49,628 bases of DNA from NCBI GenBank assembly GCA_046757165.1, contig JBHHXT010000014.1, positions 1-49,628 on the forward strand, given 5' to 3'. Source of the DNA: a bacterium (GTDB lineage: Bacteria > Zhuqueibacterota > Zhuqueibacteria > Oceanimicrobiales > Oceanimicrobiaceae). Shown piece after piece: positions 27,302 through 36,815 of the stretch (within the stretch, counting starts at the first letter, position 1; every line of letters begins with the position of its first letter). A program made the translations under genes and the position numbers. The notes under the pieces are model-generated. The model made no database searches and had not been told where the DNA came from. It was given only the letters and a program-made list of their open reading frames with translations.

Positions 27302-27354
27302 CCACTGGTTCAATCATTCAGCAGTGGCGGACCTCCCATTCAGGGTCCGGTCCG
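27302..27354 (-). ncRNA. Candidate cis-regulatory double-hairpin RNA in the flgE leader
   Basis: Minus strand CGGACC-GGA-CCC-UGAAU-GGG-A-GGUCCG immediately followed by CCACUG-CUGAAUGAUUGAAC-CAGUGG. There is no U-tail, so it is not a terminator. Confidence 0.5.
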
Positions 27355-27387
27355 GTTAGATTCGTCACATGAACAAGGCGATTTCCT

Positions 27388-27816
27388 CTAAGGAGGAGGC
27401 TGGGGAGCGGTCAAAATCAACGCACTATCGATATTTGTGAAGACTTTGCCCCGATCCCCGCTCTGGCTATTCATCGCCGTGATGACCGTTCGATTCTCTA
27501 CGCTGATCACAAATGCCAGGTCGCCCATTACCAACAACGATTCTTTGCCCCCCATCTCCGCGATCTTTTCCACCGCCTGAGTCAGATTCGTCATGTCCTG
27601 ATCACTCAAGACAATCTTCCTGGACGCCAGCCGATCGACCGCATGGGCGGAGAATTTCACCGGATAACTGGCCTTCGAAATCTTATTCCTCAGAATGGCG
27701 GCAAACTCAGGGAGCTCCGCCTGCGGAAGGTGCGGAAAGCGACCGGGCACTACACCAGGCGTTGTGGATACCGTGTGCGGATTCTGGACATTGTGTCTTA
27801 TTTCTTCGATGGACAT
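27388..27816 (-). CDS. Flagellar operon protein, TIGR02530-like
   Basis: VKFSAHA..RL..R.I, KESL....D.AFVISV.NRTVITAM and VFTNIDSA. Sits at the family's usual position between flgD and flgE. Confidence 0.88.
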   Translation of the reverse strand: MSIEEIRHNVQNPHTVSTTPGVVPGRFPHLPQAELPEFAAILRNKISKASYPVKFSAHAVDRLASRKIVLSDQDMTNLTQAVEKIAEMGGKESLLVMGDLAFVISVENRTVITAMNSQSGDRGKVFTNIDSALILTAPQPPP

Positions 27817-27831
27817 GGGGGTATCCTACTC

Positions 27832-28551
27832 TTACTCTGCGGTTGAATCCTCGTCAGTTGCATCCTCGTTGCTTGCATCCTCAGCGCTACTGATTTCGAT
27901 GACGTCTGTGAGATTGATTTCGACTTCGCCCACTCTCAATATCGCATTGCCATCTTGATAACGCACGCTGCTGATAGTGCCAAACACAAACTCTTCCGCC
28001 GCCAGCGGGTTGCCGTCGAAATCCTGCGCCGTGACGGAGAAGTGATATTTGCCAACCGGCACCTCCTGGCCATCATCGTCTTTGCCATCCCAGCTATAGG
28101 TCTGGTTCCCTTGGAGTTGCTCTTGCAGGGAGATCGTCCGAACAACGTTGCCATCCTCGTCTCGGATTTGAATTCGGACGCTTGCAGCCGGTTCAGATAA
28201 GCGGTAGTGGATTTCGGTGTCCTGGCCTTCGATATGGCTGATAGCATCACCGGCGGCCCGTACCTGCTTGCCGATCAACGTGGTTGCCATGGTATTGTTG
28301 ATGGCCTGATTCAGCAATAAATCGAGCTGGATGCTGTTTTGCAGGAGGCTGCTGATGTTTTGCAATTGCTCAACGGAGCTGAACTGTGCCAACTGCACCG
28401 CAAATTCGTCCGCCTGGAGCGGATCCGAGGGGTCCTGGTTGCGTAGTTGTGTCACCAGGATCTTGAGAAAGTCGTCCTTCCCCAGAATCGCCGAATTATT
28501 GCCAAGCAGGTTTTGCGGGTTGGGCTGGCCCAGAGCTGTAATTTCATCCAT
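27832..28551 (-). CDS. flgD: Hook cap FlgD
   Basis: LGKDDFLKILVTQLRNQDP, QLAQFSSVEQL and WDGKD..G. Confidence 0.96.
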   Translation of the reverse strand: MDEITALGQPNPQNLLGNNSAILGKDDFLKILVTQLRNQDPSDPLQADEFAVQLAQFSSVEQLQNISSLLQNSIQLDLLLNQAINNTMATTLIGKQVRAAGDAISHIEGQDTEIHYRLSEPAASVRIQIRDEDGNVVRTISLQEQLQGNQTYSWDGKDDDGQEVPVGKYHFSVTAQDFDGNPLAAEEFVFGTISSVRYQDGNAILRVGEVEINLTDVIEISSAEDASNEDATDEDSTAE

Positions 28552-28584
28552 TTGAGTTCTCCTGGTTTGTTTTGGGATACATGA

Positions 28585-30531
28585 TCACGCCCAAACCTCC
28601 ATCTTCCGATTTCCACTTCCTGCCTGGTGCATTCGGTGCCGGTCAAATCGTTTCGGACGAGGGGTCTGCTGGCCGCCACGGCGAAAGTGATTCAGGCCTT
28701 CACCGGAGCCGGGTTCATCGCCATCAGAGCTTCTATAAGAGGGCTGATTCTGTTGGTTCTGCTCCGGCCGCTGGTCGCGAACAGAGACATCCAGTTTACC
28801 GATGTCGATGCCGTCCCTTGCTATCTGTTCGACCAGCGGCCGCAATTGAGTCTCGAGCAACCGCCGCACTTCGTTCGATTCAACGTGCAGTTGCAGATGG
28901 ACTTTATCCATCTGTTTGAGAGCATCCACCAGCACTCTGCCTATTTTTTCCACCTCGATCTGCACCTCCAGCTTCTGGTTTGAGAGGTGAGTCTGGTTCT
29001 GCGTAATTTCCGTGATCCTTTCAATCATTTCTGCCAGTCTGGACCGCTGTATGGGCTCACTGGCTACCAGCCTGCCATTGGCCACGTCAAATGTCGGCCG
29101 GCCGTCAGGCGCCAGAATGTTAACCACATGCCGCGTACTCGCCTTTGCCTCGAGGGGCTTCTGACGCTTCGACCAGATGTTGCTGCGATCTTTGGTCACG
29201 CTTTTCAGAAAGAAGGTCGGCCTTTGTGAGTCCGGCTTATCTGGCAAGTCCTGGTCCCCGTTTGCTCCATTCCGTGCGTCGTCATAAGCCAGGGGGGCAC
29301 GCGTCGGCTTCATCTTGTCGACAAGCAGACCGGGCTTTCTATTCGCCTGGTCGACTTGCAAGAGGTCCAGCTCTGGCAGGATGGGTTTACGGGCTGAGCT
29401 GTTTTTTGCCTCTGCCTCGACTTGCTCCACGGTACTCCCTTGCCGCGTCCGCTGCTTTGGCTCGGGCTGGACCTGCTGTTGCACTTCGTCTCTTGCTTCC
29501 TTGCTTGCTACCCTCGGGCCATGAGTGCGCGGGCGCTGCTCGTCGGATGCCGGCCTTGCTTTTTGCACCGATGTCTCTATCGCCAGCGAAGCGTTTGGCT
29601 GTTTGATAGACAGGTTCTTTTGCGCTCGTGCTGCGGTCGGTGGTGTCGCAGCCGCCCGACGGCGTCTGCCTGCTTGTCTTGTGCCGCTCGAGTCCTGCAT
29701 CGCATCTTTGATGTGCAATTCGATTTCTTCAACGTGGATGCCTTTGCGCGCCAGGGCATTGCGCAGCCACTGCTTTGCATCTCCAGGAGCCAGCTCAGCT
29801 TTCTTGTGCGAGAGACCCTGCTCGTATTTGGTGGTGACTGCAACCGTGTTCGTATTTTCCACTTCGCCAACGAACCGGACCTTGCCGCCAGGAGCCGTCT
29901 TGCCCGACTGGCCAACAAGAACCTGATTTTTTTGTGAATGAAGGGCCAGTCGAACACGGGCCGCTGAGTTGGGTCTGGTCCGCAATTGACTTTTTGGATT
30001 GAGCGGCAGCAGAGTCCTGGTTGCGACGCTCCCGTTTTTCTTGCCCCCAAGCGACAGCCCGTCTTCGTGCATGGTTTGTTCGAATAGGTTTACCTGATCA
30101 GTGCTCGTGCCAGCCGGGTCGACAGACAAAACTGAAAGATGTTTGCTCTTCGGGTCAAACCACACTGCGAGCTTTCCGGTCGATTTGCTTCGCAGTTCAA
30201 TACCGGCCGGCTGCCCTGAGGCGATGGAGTTTCGTATCAATTTCGACAGGGGGCCGGCCAGCATTTCCAGCTCGGAAAACAGCTCGTCTGAATTGAATGC
30301 ACCAGAGGTGAGGGGGTTTGCCGATGCCGGCTTGCCGGCCAGCAACGCCGGGCCGCTCGAAAGACCTGTGGCCGTCTGTGACGGCTGGTTCAGCAACGAA
30401 GCAAGCAGGGCCTGAAAGCCCAGGGCGAAAAGAGGGTCGGTGCCAGCGTTCGTTTTCAAGTCCGGAAAATGGAGATCCTCGATTCCGGGCTTCTGTGTCT
30501 GTGCAAGAAGGGGACCAACCACGACGGCCAT
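28585..30531 (-). CDS. fliK: Hook-length control protein FliK
   Basis: Long low-complexity N-terminal region and a C-terminal T3S4-like domain (IG.V.V...V....VR..LE.QL..L). Lies upstream of flgD. Confidence 0.78.
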   Translation of the reverse strand: MAVVVGPLLAQTQKPGIEDLHFPDLKTNAGTDPLFALGFQALLASLLNQPSQTATGLSSGPALLAGKPASANPLTSGAFNSDELFSELEMLAGPLSKLIRNSIASGQPAGIELRSKSTGKLAVWFDPKSKHLSVLSVDPAGTSTDQVNLFEQTMHEDGLSLGGKKNGSVATRTLLPLNPKSQLRTRPNSAARVRLALHSQKNQVLVGQSGKTAPGGKVRFVGEVENTNTVAVTTKYEQGLSHKKAELAPGDAKQWLRNALARKGIHVEEIELHIKDAMQDSSGTRQAGRRRRAAATPPTAARAQKNLSIKQPNASLAIETSVQKARPASDEQRPRTHGPRVASKEARDEVQQQVQPEPKQRTRQGSTVEQVEAEAKNSSARKPILPELDLLQVDQANRKPGLLVDKMKPTRAPLAYDDARNGANGDQDLPDKPDSQRPTFFLKSVTKDRSNIWSKRQKPLEAKASTRHVVNILAPDGRPTFDVANGRLVASEPIQRSRLAEMIERITEITQNQTHLSNQKLEVQIEVEKIGRVLVDALKQMDKVHLQLHVESNEVRRLLETQLRPLVEQIARDGIDIGKLDVSVRDQRPEQNQQNQPSYRSSDGDEPGSGEGLNHFRRGGQQTPRPKRFDRHRMHQAGSGNRKMEVWA

Positions 30532-30533
30532 TG

Positions 30534-31103
30534 CTATCTCGAACCTCCTGCGATGTTCTTTAGAATCTTGCCTGCTCGTGCCGGCGGCAGCGCTTTGAAT
30601 ATCTTAATCCTGTCCTTCGCCTTGGCTTTGTCATAGAAGATTTGCACCAGCCTGTCTGGCAGATTTGCCAGAATGGGGGCAAGTGTTTCCGCTTTCATTT
30701 CGCCTAACATTTTGGCGAGCTCTTGCAGCTTTTTCTCCTCCTGCGCTTTGTGGTAATTGGTTTTGCTCTTTTTCTGCTTTTCGGCAAGCTTCTGCAGCTC
30801 AACGTTTTGCTGCTTGAGCTTGTTAATCTCAAAGTCTTGTTGCGCGATCTTGAGATCTCGATCTTGCAATTGTGACACGTATTCAGTCAATTGGTTCAAC
30901 AACCCCTCCACGACCACGGCAAGCGAATCGATGTGCTCGGTGTAGGTTGAATCTTTGACGGCGGCGTCGCGATGGTACTTCGTGTAGTTGAACACAGGGA
31001 CCTCGGCGGTCTTCTCAACCACTTTATCTTTGCTCAAGTACATCCCTACCACCAGACCGAGAAACGTGAGAAAATAAAAAGATATCCACAGAGCTATCTT
31101 CAT
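30534..31103 (-). CDS. MotE/FlbB/YlxF-like flagellar protein
   Basis: N-terminal TM segment, coiled coil and LAKMLGEMKAE..A.IL helical repeat. Lies between fliJ and fliK. Confidence 0.75.
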   Translation of the reverse strand: MKIALWISFYFLTFLGLVVGMYLSKDKVVEKTAEVPVFNYTKYHRDAAVKDSTYTEHIDSLAVVVEGLLNQLTEYVSQLQDRDLKIAQQDFEINKLKQQNVELQKLAEKQKKSKTNYHKAQEEKKLQELAKMLGEMKAETLAPILANLPDRLVQIFYDKAKAKDRIKIFKALPPARAGKILKNIAGGSR

Positions 31104-31113
31104 CTTGCCTACC

Positions 31114-31545
31114 TCAAACTGAACGGCTGCTCTTCGACCGTGCTAACTCGTCGAGAAATCCTTGCTCCTGTCGCTCCTGGTTTTTCAGGAATTCGCGCTC
31201 CTTCTTTTCTTGTAGTTTTTCAAGCACTTTCTTGTCCTGCGTCGCTTGCAAGAGATGCTGCCGTTTGGTTTCAACCTGTTGCTTCACTGCTGTTATCACA
31301 TTGCACTGCTCGTCGATGGCAGACAGGAGCGTGTTCAGGTAGAGGTGACGCTCTACGATGTGCTGGACGTTTGTTCTTGTCGCCTGGTTCATTTCTTGCG
31401 CAAAGGCATTCTTTCTGCCCTGCAACGCCTGCAGGATTTGCTTCTCCCGCTGCAACGTTATTCTGGCGAGGGACAGGTCCTTTTCTTTCTCCTTTTCGAT
31501 GACCTTGCGGATTTCCAGCACCCTTTGTAAGCGAAACCTTGCCAT
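31114..31545 (-). CDS. fliJ: FliJ
   Basis: FRLQRVL.IR, K.LEKL.EK and EQ..LDE. Follows fliI. Confidence 0.93.
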   Translation of the reverse strand: MARFRLQRVLEIRKVIEKEKEKDLSLARITLQREKQILQALQGRKNAFAQEMNQATRTNVQHIVERHLYLNTLLSAIDEQCNVITAVKQQVETKRQHLLQATQDKKVLEKLQEKKEREFLKNQERQEQGFLDELARSKSSRSV

Positions 31546-31551
31546 CTCCAG

Positions 31552-32901
31552 TCATGCTCGAGTTTGTCCGTATTGGCGACTCTTCAACACCAGGGCCTGC
31601 AGTCGCTTCCGGGTATCTTCCAGTGTCGACCTTTCGAACATGCCCTGTTTCTGGAACGCGCGAATGTCTTCGATCATGGCTAACGCCAGGTCGATTCGTG
31701 CGTTGCTGCCGTTTACGTAAGCACCGATGTTGATCAAGTCCTCCGAATCACTATAGGTGGCCAGCATGTCCTTGATCGCGCTGGCGTGCAGCAGGTGGGA
31801 TTCGCTGGTGACATCGACCATTACCCGGCTGATACATTGCAGGACGTCAATCGCCGGATAGTGCCCTGCCGCCGCCAACTTGCGTGACAGCACGATATGG
31901 CCATCGAGAATCGAGCGAGCCGTGTCTGCCACCGGATCGTTCATGTCATCGCCCTCCACCAGAACGGTATACAGGCCGGTAATGCTACCTCTTTCGAAAT
32001 TTCCGGCACGCTCCAGAAGGCGTGGCAGAAACGCGAACACCGACGGCGTATAGCCTTTGGTGGTTGGAGGTTCGCCGATGGCCAGCCCGACTTCCCGCAA
32101 GGCCATGGCGACGCGTGTCAGCGAATCCATCATCAGAAGGACATTCAGGCCCTGGTCTGCGAAGTACTCCGCGATGGCTGTCGCGACGAGCGCCGCTTTG
32201 ACGCGTATCAGCGCGGCGTGTTCGGAGGTGACGGTGACCACTACGGAGCGCTTTAGCCCCGCTTCACCCAGGTCACGCTCCAGGAAGTCGTTGACTTCCC
32301 GGCCACGCTCACCGATGAGCGCAATCACGTTAATGTCCGCACTGGTGTTGCGCGCCAGCATGCCCAGAAGCACGCTTTTGCCGACGCCACTGCCTGAGAA
32401 GATGCCCACCCGTTGGCCCAGTCCGAAGGTCAGCAAACCATCGATGACGCGTACACCGGTAGAAATGGGTTGTTTAAGGCGCTGCCGTGTCAGGGGATTG
32501 GGTGGCATGTTGTGGACGGGTTGCAGACGGTCCGCCCTGACCGGCCCTTTGCCATCCATGGGCTTGCCCGTGCCGTCCAGGACGCGCCCCAGGAGCTGTC
32601 GGCTTACGCTTATGGCATACGGCTGGACGCTCAAATCCACATAACTCCCAGGCTCGATTCCGACCGTTTCCTGCAGCGGCATCAACAAAACCCTTTTGTC
32701 CCTGAAGCCAACGACTTCCGCAGGAATCTGCTTGCCCCCTCTGGTCGTGATGAGGCACATCTCGCCAATGGAGCATTGTGGCCCGTAAGATTCAACGACC
32801 AGACCGATGACCTGATCGACTTTGCCCAGGGTACGATAAAGCCGGACGTGTTTCAGTTGGTCGAAGTATTGTTCAATTTTGGGTTCAGCCAATGCCATCA
32901 C
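31552..32901 (-). CDS. fliI: Export ATPase FliI
   Basis: GIFSGSGVGKS, LIGERGREV, DSLTR, GEPP..KGY.PSVF and DGHIVLSR. Confidence 0.97.
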   Translation of the reverse strand: MMALAEPKIEQYFDQLKHVRLYRTLGKVDQVIGLVVESYGPQCSIGEMCLITTRGGKQIPAEVVGFRDKRVLLMPLQETVGIEPGSYVDLSVQPYAISVSRQLLGRVLDGTGKPMDGKGPVRADRLQPVHNMPPNPLTRQRLKQPISTGVRVIDGLLTFGLGQRVGIFSGSGVGKSVLLGMLARNTSADINVIALIGERGREVNDFLERDLGEAGLKRSVVVTVTSEHAALIRVKAALVATAIAEYFADQGLNVLLMMDSLTRVAMALREVGLAIGEPPTTKGYTPSVFAFLPRLLERAGNFERGSITGLYTVLVEGDDMNDPVADTARSILDGHIVLSRKLAAAGHYPAIDVLQCISRVMVDVTSESHLLHASAIKDMLATYSDSEDLINIGAYVNGSNARIDLALAMIEDIRAFQKQGMFERSTLEDTRKRLQALVLKSRQYGQTRA

Positions 32902-32907
32902 AGCTCA

Positions 32908-33603
32908 TCATTTTGCAAATGCTCTCTCAATCTGCCGCAACTTTGTTTCGATACAGCCATCCAACACACCGAAATCCGACTCGATCATGCAATCACAGGG
33001 GTTCAGAGACGGGTCCTCCACCACCACAACTGAGATGCTCTCGGGCAGGGAATCCTGAATCTGCTGTCGGCTTGCTTCGATGATAGCTGCGCTCTTCTCA
33101 TGCACCCGGAAAATGACCTTCGAAGTCTCAGCAAACTGGCTGGCAACTTCACGGACCATTTCGAGCAGATACTCCCGATCGAGCCGCAACGCACGTACCT
33201 GTTCACACCCGACCATCCTTTCCACCATCCGAAAAGCAAGATCGACCACGAATTGCTCCAGACGCTCGAGCAGGGTGTGTTGTTGCCCCTGGATTTCTGC
33301 AACCAGGTGCGCGAACTTTTCAATGTGGGTCTTGACTTCATCCACACCTTGCTCGTACCCCTCTTTTCTGCCTGCCTGCAATCCTTCCTGAAATCTTTTT
33401 TCCCGTTCCCTGGCCAGTTCATCTTCCAGGGTTTCTATCTTGAACAGGGCCTCCCGCAACCTTTGCTTCGTTTGGTCCACTCGAGGGCGCGCTGGCTCGA
33501 CCGGTTTCTTTTTGAGCGGTTTTTGCCGCGGTTTTGTCACCTTCGGCAAGCTGTGCTGCCTGATGGCTTTCAGTTTGTACTCCTGGTCATTCTTGATAAG
33601 CAT
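32908..33603 (-). CDS. fliH: FliH
   Basis: GxxxG repeats (EGLQAGRKEGYEQG) and C-terminal C.IES..G.LD. Lies between fliG and fliI. Confidence 0.88.
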   Translation of the reverse strand: MLIKNDQEYKLKAIRQHSLPKVTKPRQKPLKKKPVEPARPRVDQTKQRLREALFKIETLEDELAREREKRFQEGLQAGRKEGYEQGVDEVKTHIEKFAHLVAEIQGQQHTLLERLEQFVVDLAFRMVERMVGCEQVRALRLDREYLLEMVREVASQFAETSKVIFRVHEKSAAIIEASRQQIQDSLPESISVVVVEDPSLNPCDCMIESDFGVLDGCIETKLRQIERAFAK

Positions 33604-34625
33604 TATTCCACAAACTCTTCCTGTTGCGATCTTGTCAGAACGATCTCTCCCCGGTTTTCCATTTCGCGCACTTGCTCCACGATGCTCACCTGCGCCTCCT
33701 CGACTTCTCGCAGCCGCACGGGCCCCAGGAACTCGATTTCTTCCTTCAATGCTTCTGACGCCTGCTGTGACATGTTGCTAAACATCTTGCTCTTCATGTC
33801 TTCCGAGGCGACTTTTAGCGACAAGGCCAGGGATTTCGAATCCACGCTCTTGAGAATCTTCTGGATATCCTTGTCGCGCAGCCGCACGAGGTCCTCGAAA
33901 ACGAACATCAAGTTCTTGATCTCAGTCGCCAGCTCCGGGTCTTTCTGGATCAGAAGCTCCATGATGGTCTGCTCGACCCCCCGGCTGGTTGAGTTTAGAA
34001 TTTCAGCCAACGCCTTGACGCCGCCCCCCATGCTCTGGTGCGTGGTGGTGATGCTGCCGCCCATTTGTGTTGTCAGCGCCTCCTCGATCTCTTGCAGGAG
34101 ATCCGGTGAGGTCTTACCCATGATCGCGAGTCGCAAGGCCACCTCGCCTTGCAGATCCGTCGACAGCTCGCTGATGATGCCGGCGGCCTGGTGATGTTTC
34201 ATGTTGGCGAGAATCAGCGCAATGGTCTGCGGGTGCTCTTTCTGCAAATAATTCAGAAGCTCACTCGGGTGGATCGATTGTAGCAGCTTGAACCCGGACA
34301 CCTCGGTGGCGGCCTTGACTTTTTTCATCAACCGGCGCGCCCTATCCAGACCAAATGCGGTCTCCAGCATGTCTTTGGCGAAGTTGACGCCGCCTTGCGT
34401 CACGTACTTATCGGCCACCATCATTTCGTAAAACTCTTTGAGCACGCCGCTCACGATTTCGGATGGCAGATTCTTTAGTTTGGCGATTTGAACGGTGACC
34501 AGCTCCATTTCATACTCTTCCAGAAGCTTCAAAATTGGCACCGAATTGTCCATCCCAATCGCAATAAAAAAGACCGCGGCTTTCTGCACGCCGGTTAATT
34601 CTTCCTTGCTTATCGGTTCACTCAT
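33603..34625 (-). CDS. fliG: Rotor protein FliG
   Basis: QKAAV, EHPQTIALIL, GGVK, MFVFEDL and GPVRL.EVE.AQ. The ATG at 34625 overlaps the fliF stop. Confidence 0.97.
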   Translation of the reverse strand: MSEPISKEELTGVQKAAVFFIAIGMDNSVPILKLLEEYEMELVTVQIAKLKNLPSEIVSGVLKEFYEMMVADKYVTQGGVNFAKDMLETAFGLDRARRLMKKVKAATEVSGFKLLQSIHPSELLNYLQKEHPQTIALILANMKHHQAAGIISELSTDLQGEVALRLAIMGKTSPDLLQEIEEALTTQMGGSITTTHQSMGGGVKALAEILNSTSRGVEQTIMELLIQKDPELATEIKNLMFVFEDLVRLRDKDIQKILKSVDSKSLALSLKVASEDMKSKMFSNMSQQASEALKEEIEFLGPVRLREVEEAQVSIVEQVREMENRGEIVLTRSQQEEFVE

Positions 34626-36172
34626 TCTTGCTCTTCGTCCTCCAGCAGCCAATATCTCAGAATTCGTGTGGTCAACTCGGGATTCTCTGCACTAAAGACC
34701 GCGACTTCTTGTTTCACGCGTTCCTGCAACTCCTGGCGCGCTCTGGTTTCTTCCTCGAGCTGCTTCCGTCTTTCTTCTTCCAGCGCTCGCTCATCGACCA
34801 TATCCTCCAGGGAAGCCTGCGCCTCCTGCAACAGCAGTTCTCTTTGTTGTCTGAGATATTCATCAATCCCCAACTTTTTCAGCAGCTTGCGCAACCCAAA
34901 TACGATAAAGAGTGCGCCGAGGACTCCCAGACCGATTTTCGTGTAGCGCATGATCGTCTCATGCCGTTCCATGGAGGCAATGACTTCGTTCTCACGGGCG
35001 ATGAGCGAGCGGTCGAAGGCCAATTGCTGCACTTCGATCTGGTCGTTGCGTTCTTCACTGAAGCCGACGGCTTTCTTGACAATATTGGTGATTTTCTGGA
35101 TCTCTTCTTGCGAGCGTTGCTCATTCGGTTTCTCGGGGCTTTGATAGACGCCGTTGACGAAGACCGCAATGGAGAGTTTCTTAATATCACCGGTACTGCT
35201 TTCGTAGTGCTCGACGACCTTGTTCAGCTCGAAGTTGGTGATGGTATTCTCGCGCTGGTAGGCGGTTGTATCGGAAGTGGTGGATTTCTCCTCATTGCGT
35301 TCTTCGCTCAGCACGGCTGAATTCTCAGGATCCACGGACTCCGATGTGCGCCGGACTTTCTTGAAATCGAGTTCTGCTGAGACGCGCACAATCGAATTGC
35401 TCTCTCCAAGCACCTTATCCAACATCGATTGTGCTTTTTTGCTCAGGTACTCTTCAACGGTGCGTTTCAAGTCGTACTGGCTACTGCTGAGCTCGATGTC
35501 GTGATCACGCGCTCTGTTTTTTGTCAGCACTCTGCCGAGCGTGTCCACGATGATGACGTCTTCCGGATCGAGTCCTTCCACACTGGCGGCCACCAGATTA
35601 GTGATGCCGAGGATTTGCTTCTTTTCCAGAAACGCGCGTGGTTTCAATTTTAGTATTACCGAGGCGGTCGCTTTCTTCTGTTGCTCCTGGAACAAAGCGG
35701 GTTCCGGGATGGCCAGATGCACGCGCGCAAAGAGCACATCTTCAATTTGACTGATGGTATTGACAAGCTCGCCTTCCAGAGCGCGCTTCAAATTTATTTT
35801 TTGCATGAAATCGGTCAGGCCAAGGTTGTTTTTGTCAAACAGCTCATAGCCGACAGAGCCGCTCGAAATAAAATCCTCGCCGGCAAAATTGATGCGAATT
35901 TCATGGACATCCTCCTTTCTTACAAAAATCGAGCGTCCGCCATCTTCGAGCTTGTAGGGGATGTTGTCCGCCTTCAACGCCTCGGTTACTTTGGCGGTGT
36001 CAGCAGCGTCGAGTTTCGAGTAGAGCAACGCATACTCTGGCCGGTTGGCCCACACCAGCAGCAGAATCAGGCTGACGGTGGTGACGGCCGTGGCCGTCAT
36101 GAGGGTGATCTTTTGCTGCCTGCTTAGCTTGTCGAACTGCTCGCGTAGTTTTTGTATGAAGGGATCGTTCAC
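34622..36172 (-). CDS. fliF: MS-ring protein FliF
   Basis: GYELFD, RALEGEL..TI, ARVHLAIP and ASV.L, with two TM segments. Confidence 0.97.
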   Translation of the reverse strand: MNDPFIQKLREQFDKLSRQQKITLMTATAVTTVSLILLLVWANRPEYALLYSKLDAADTAKVTEALKADNIPYKLEDGGRSIFVRKEDVHEIRINFAGEDFISSGSVGYELFDKNNLGLTDFMQKINLKRALEGELVNTISQIEDVLFARVHLAIPEPALFQEQQKKATASVILKLKPRAFLEKKQILGITNLVAASVEGLDPEDVIIVDTLGRVLTKNRARDHDIELSSSQYDLKRTVEEYLSKKAQSMLDKVLGESNSIVRVSAELDFKKVRRTSESVDPENSAVLSEERNEEKSTTSDTTAYQRENTITNFELNKVVEHYESSTGDIKKLSIAVFVNGVYQSPEKPNEQRSQEEIQKITNIVKKAVGFSEERNDQIEVQQLAFDRSLIARENEVIASMERHETIMRYTKIGLGVLGALFIVFGLRKLLKKLGIDEYLRQQRELLLQEAQASLEDMVDERALEEERRKQLEEETRARQELQERVKQEVAVFSAENPELTTRILRYWLLEDEEQE

Positions 36173-36175
36173 CCG

Positions 36176-36478
36176 TTAGACCTGCATCCTGGAGAGTTCC
36201 TGATACGCCTCGACCAGCTTGTTCCTCACCTCCAGCATGAATTGAAAGCTGATTTGCGCCTCTTCGCCGAGGGCCATGACTTCGTGCAGATGAATGTCTT
36301 TGCCAGCGATGAACTCCTTGATGGCGTCGCCCGAAGCATTGTGCAGTGCGTCGACTTGCCCAACCAAGCCCTGCAGCGTTTCGGAAAACTTCGGCACATC
36401 CTTTTTATTAATGCTCAAATCTTCCTGTTTGAGCAACTGATTGAACGCGGGGGCTTGAATTGCATCGATTTTGGCCAT
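36176..36478 (-). CDS. fliE: FliE
   Basis: LHEVM...A and EVRNKLVEAYQEL.RMQV. Confidence 0.96.
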   Translation of the reverse strand: MAKIDAIQAPAFNQLLKQEDLSINKKDVPKFSETLQGLVGQVDALHNASGDAIKEFIAGKDIHLHEVMALGEEAQISFQFMLEVRNKLVEAYQELSRMQV

Positions 36479-36492
36479 GGGCTACCTCATGC

Positions 36493-36804
36493 TTAAACCT
36501 TGATGTCGATAATCTGGCCGAGCGCGACGCTCTGCCGAATCTTTGTGCTATCAGGCTGATACAATTGAATCGATTTCGCCCGCAAGACTTCAATCGCCTT
36601 TTCGAGCTTCACTTGCTTGTTTGTTTTCGTTGCGCCGGCTACACGGCCCAGATGACGCGGCGGCGATTGAATGACAGCTTTCCGAACTTTCTGCGTGGCC
36701 TGCGGCTGCGGTGCAGGCTGCGGCGGCGTCCGCACCGGTCTGGGCGGACGTTGCACCTGAGTTGTCTCGATACGTGGGAAATTCGCGGGTCGGATCGTTG
36801 ACAT
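36493..36804 (-). CDS. Small Pro/Gln-rich basic hypothetical protein between flgC and fliE
   Basis: Strong GAGGAG RBS, fills the operon gap, ends GQIIDIKV. Confidence 0.75.
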   Translation of the reverse strand: MSTIRPANFPRIETTQVQRPPRPVRTPPQPAPQPQATQKVRKAVIQSPPRHLGRVAGATKTNKQVKLEKAIEVLRAKSIQLYQPDSTKIRQSVALGQIIDIKV

Positions 36805-36815
36805 TTCTCCTCTTA

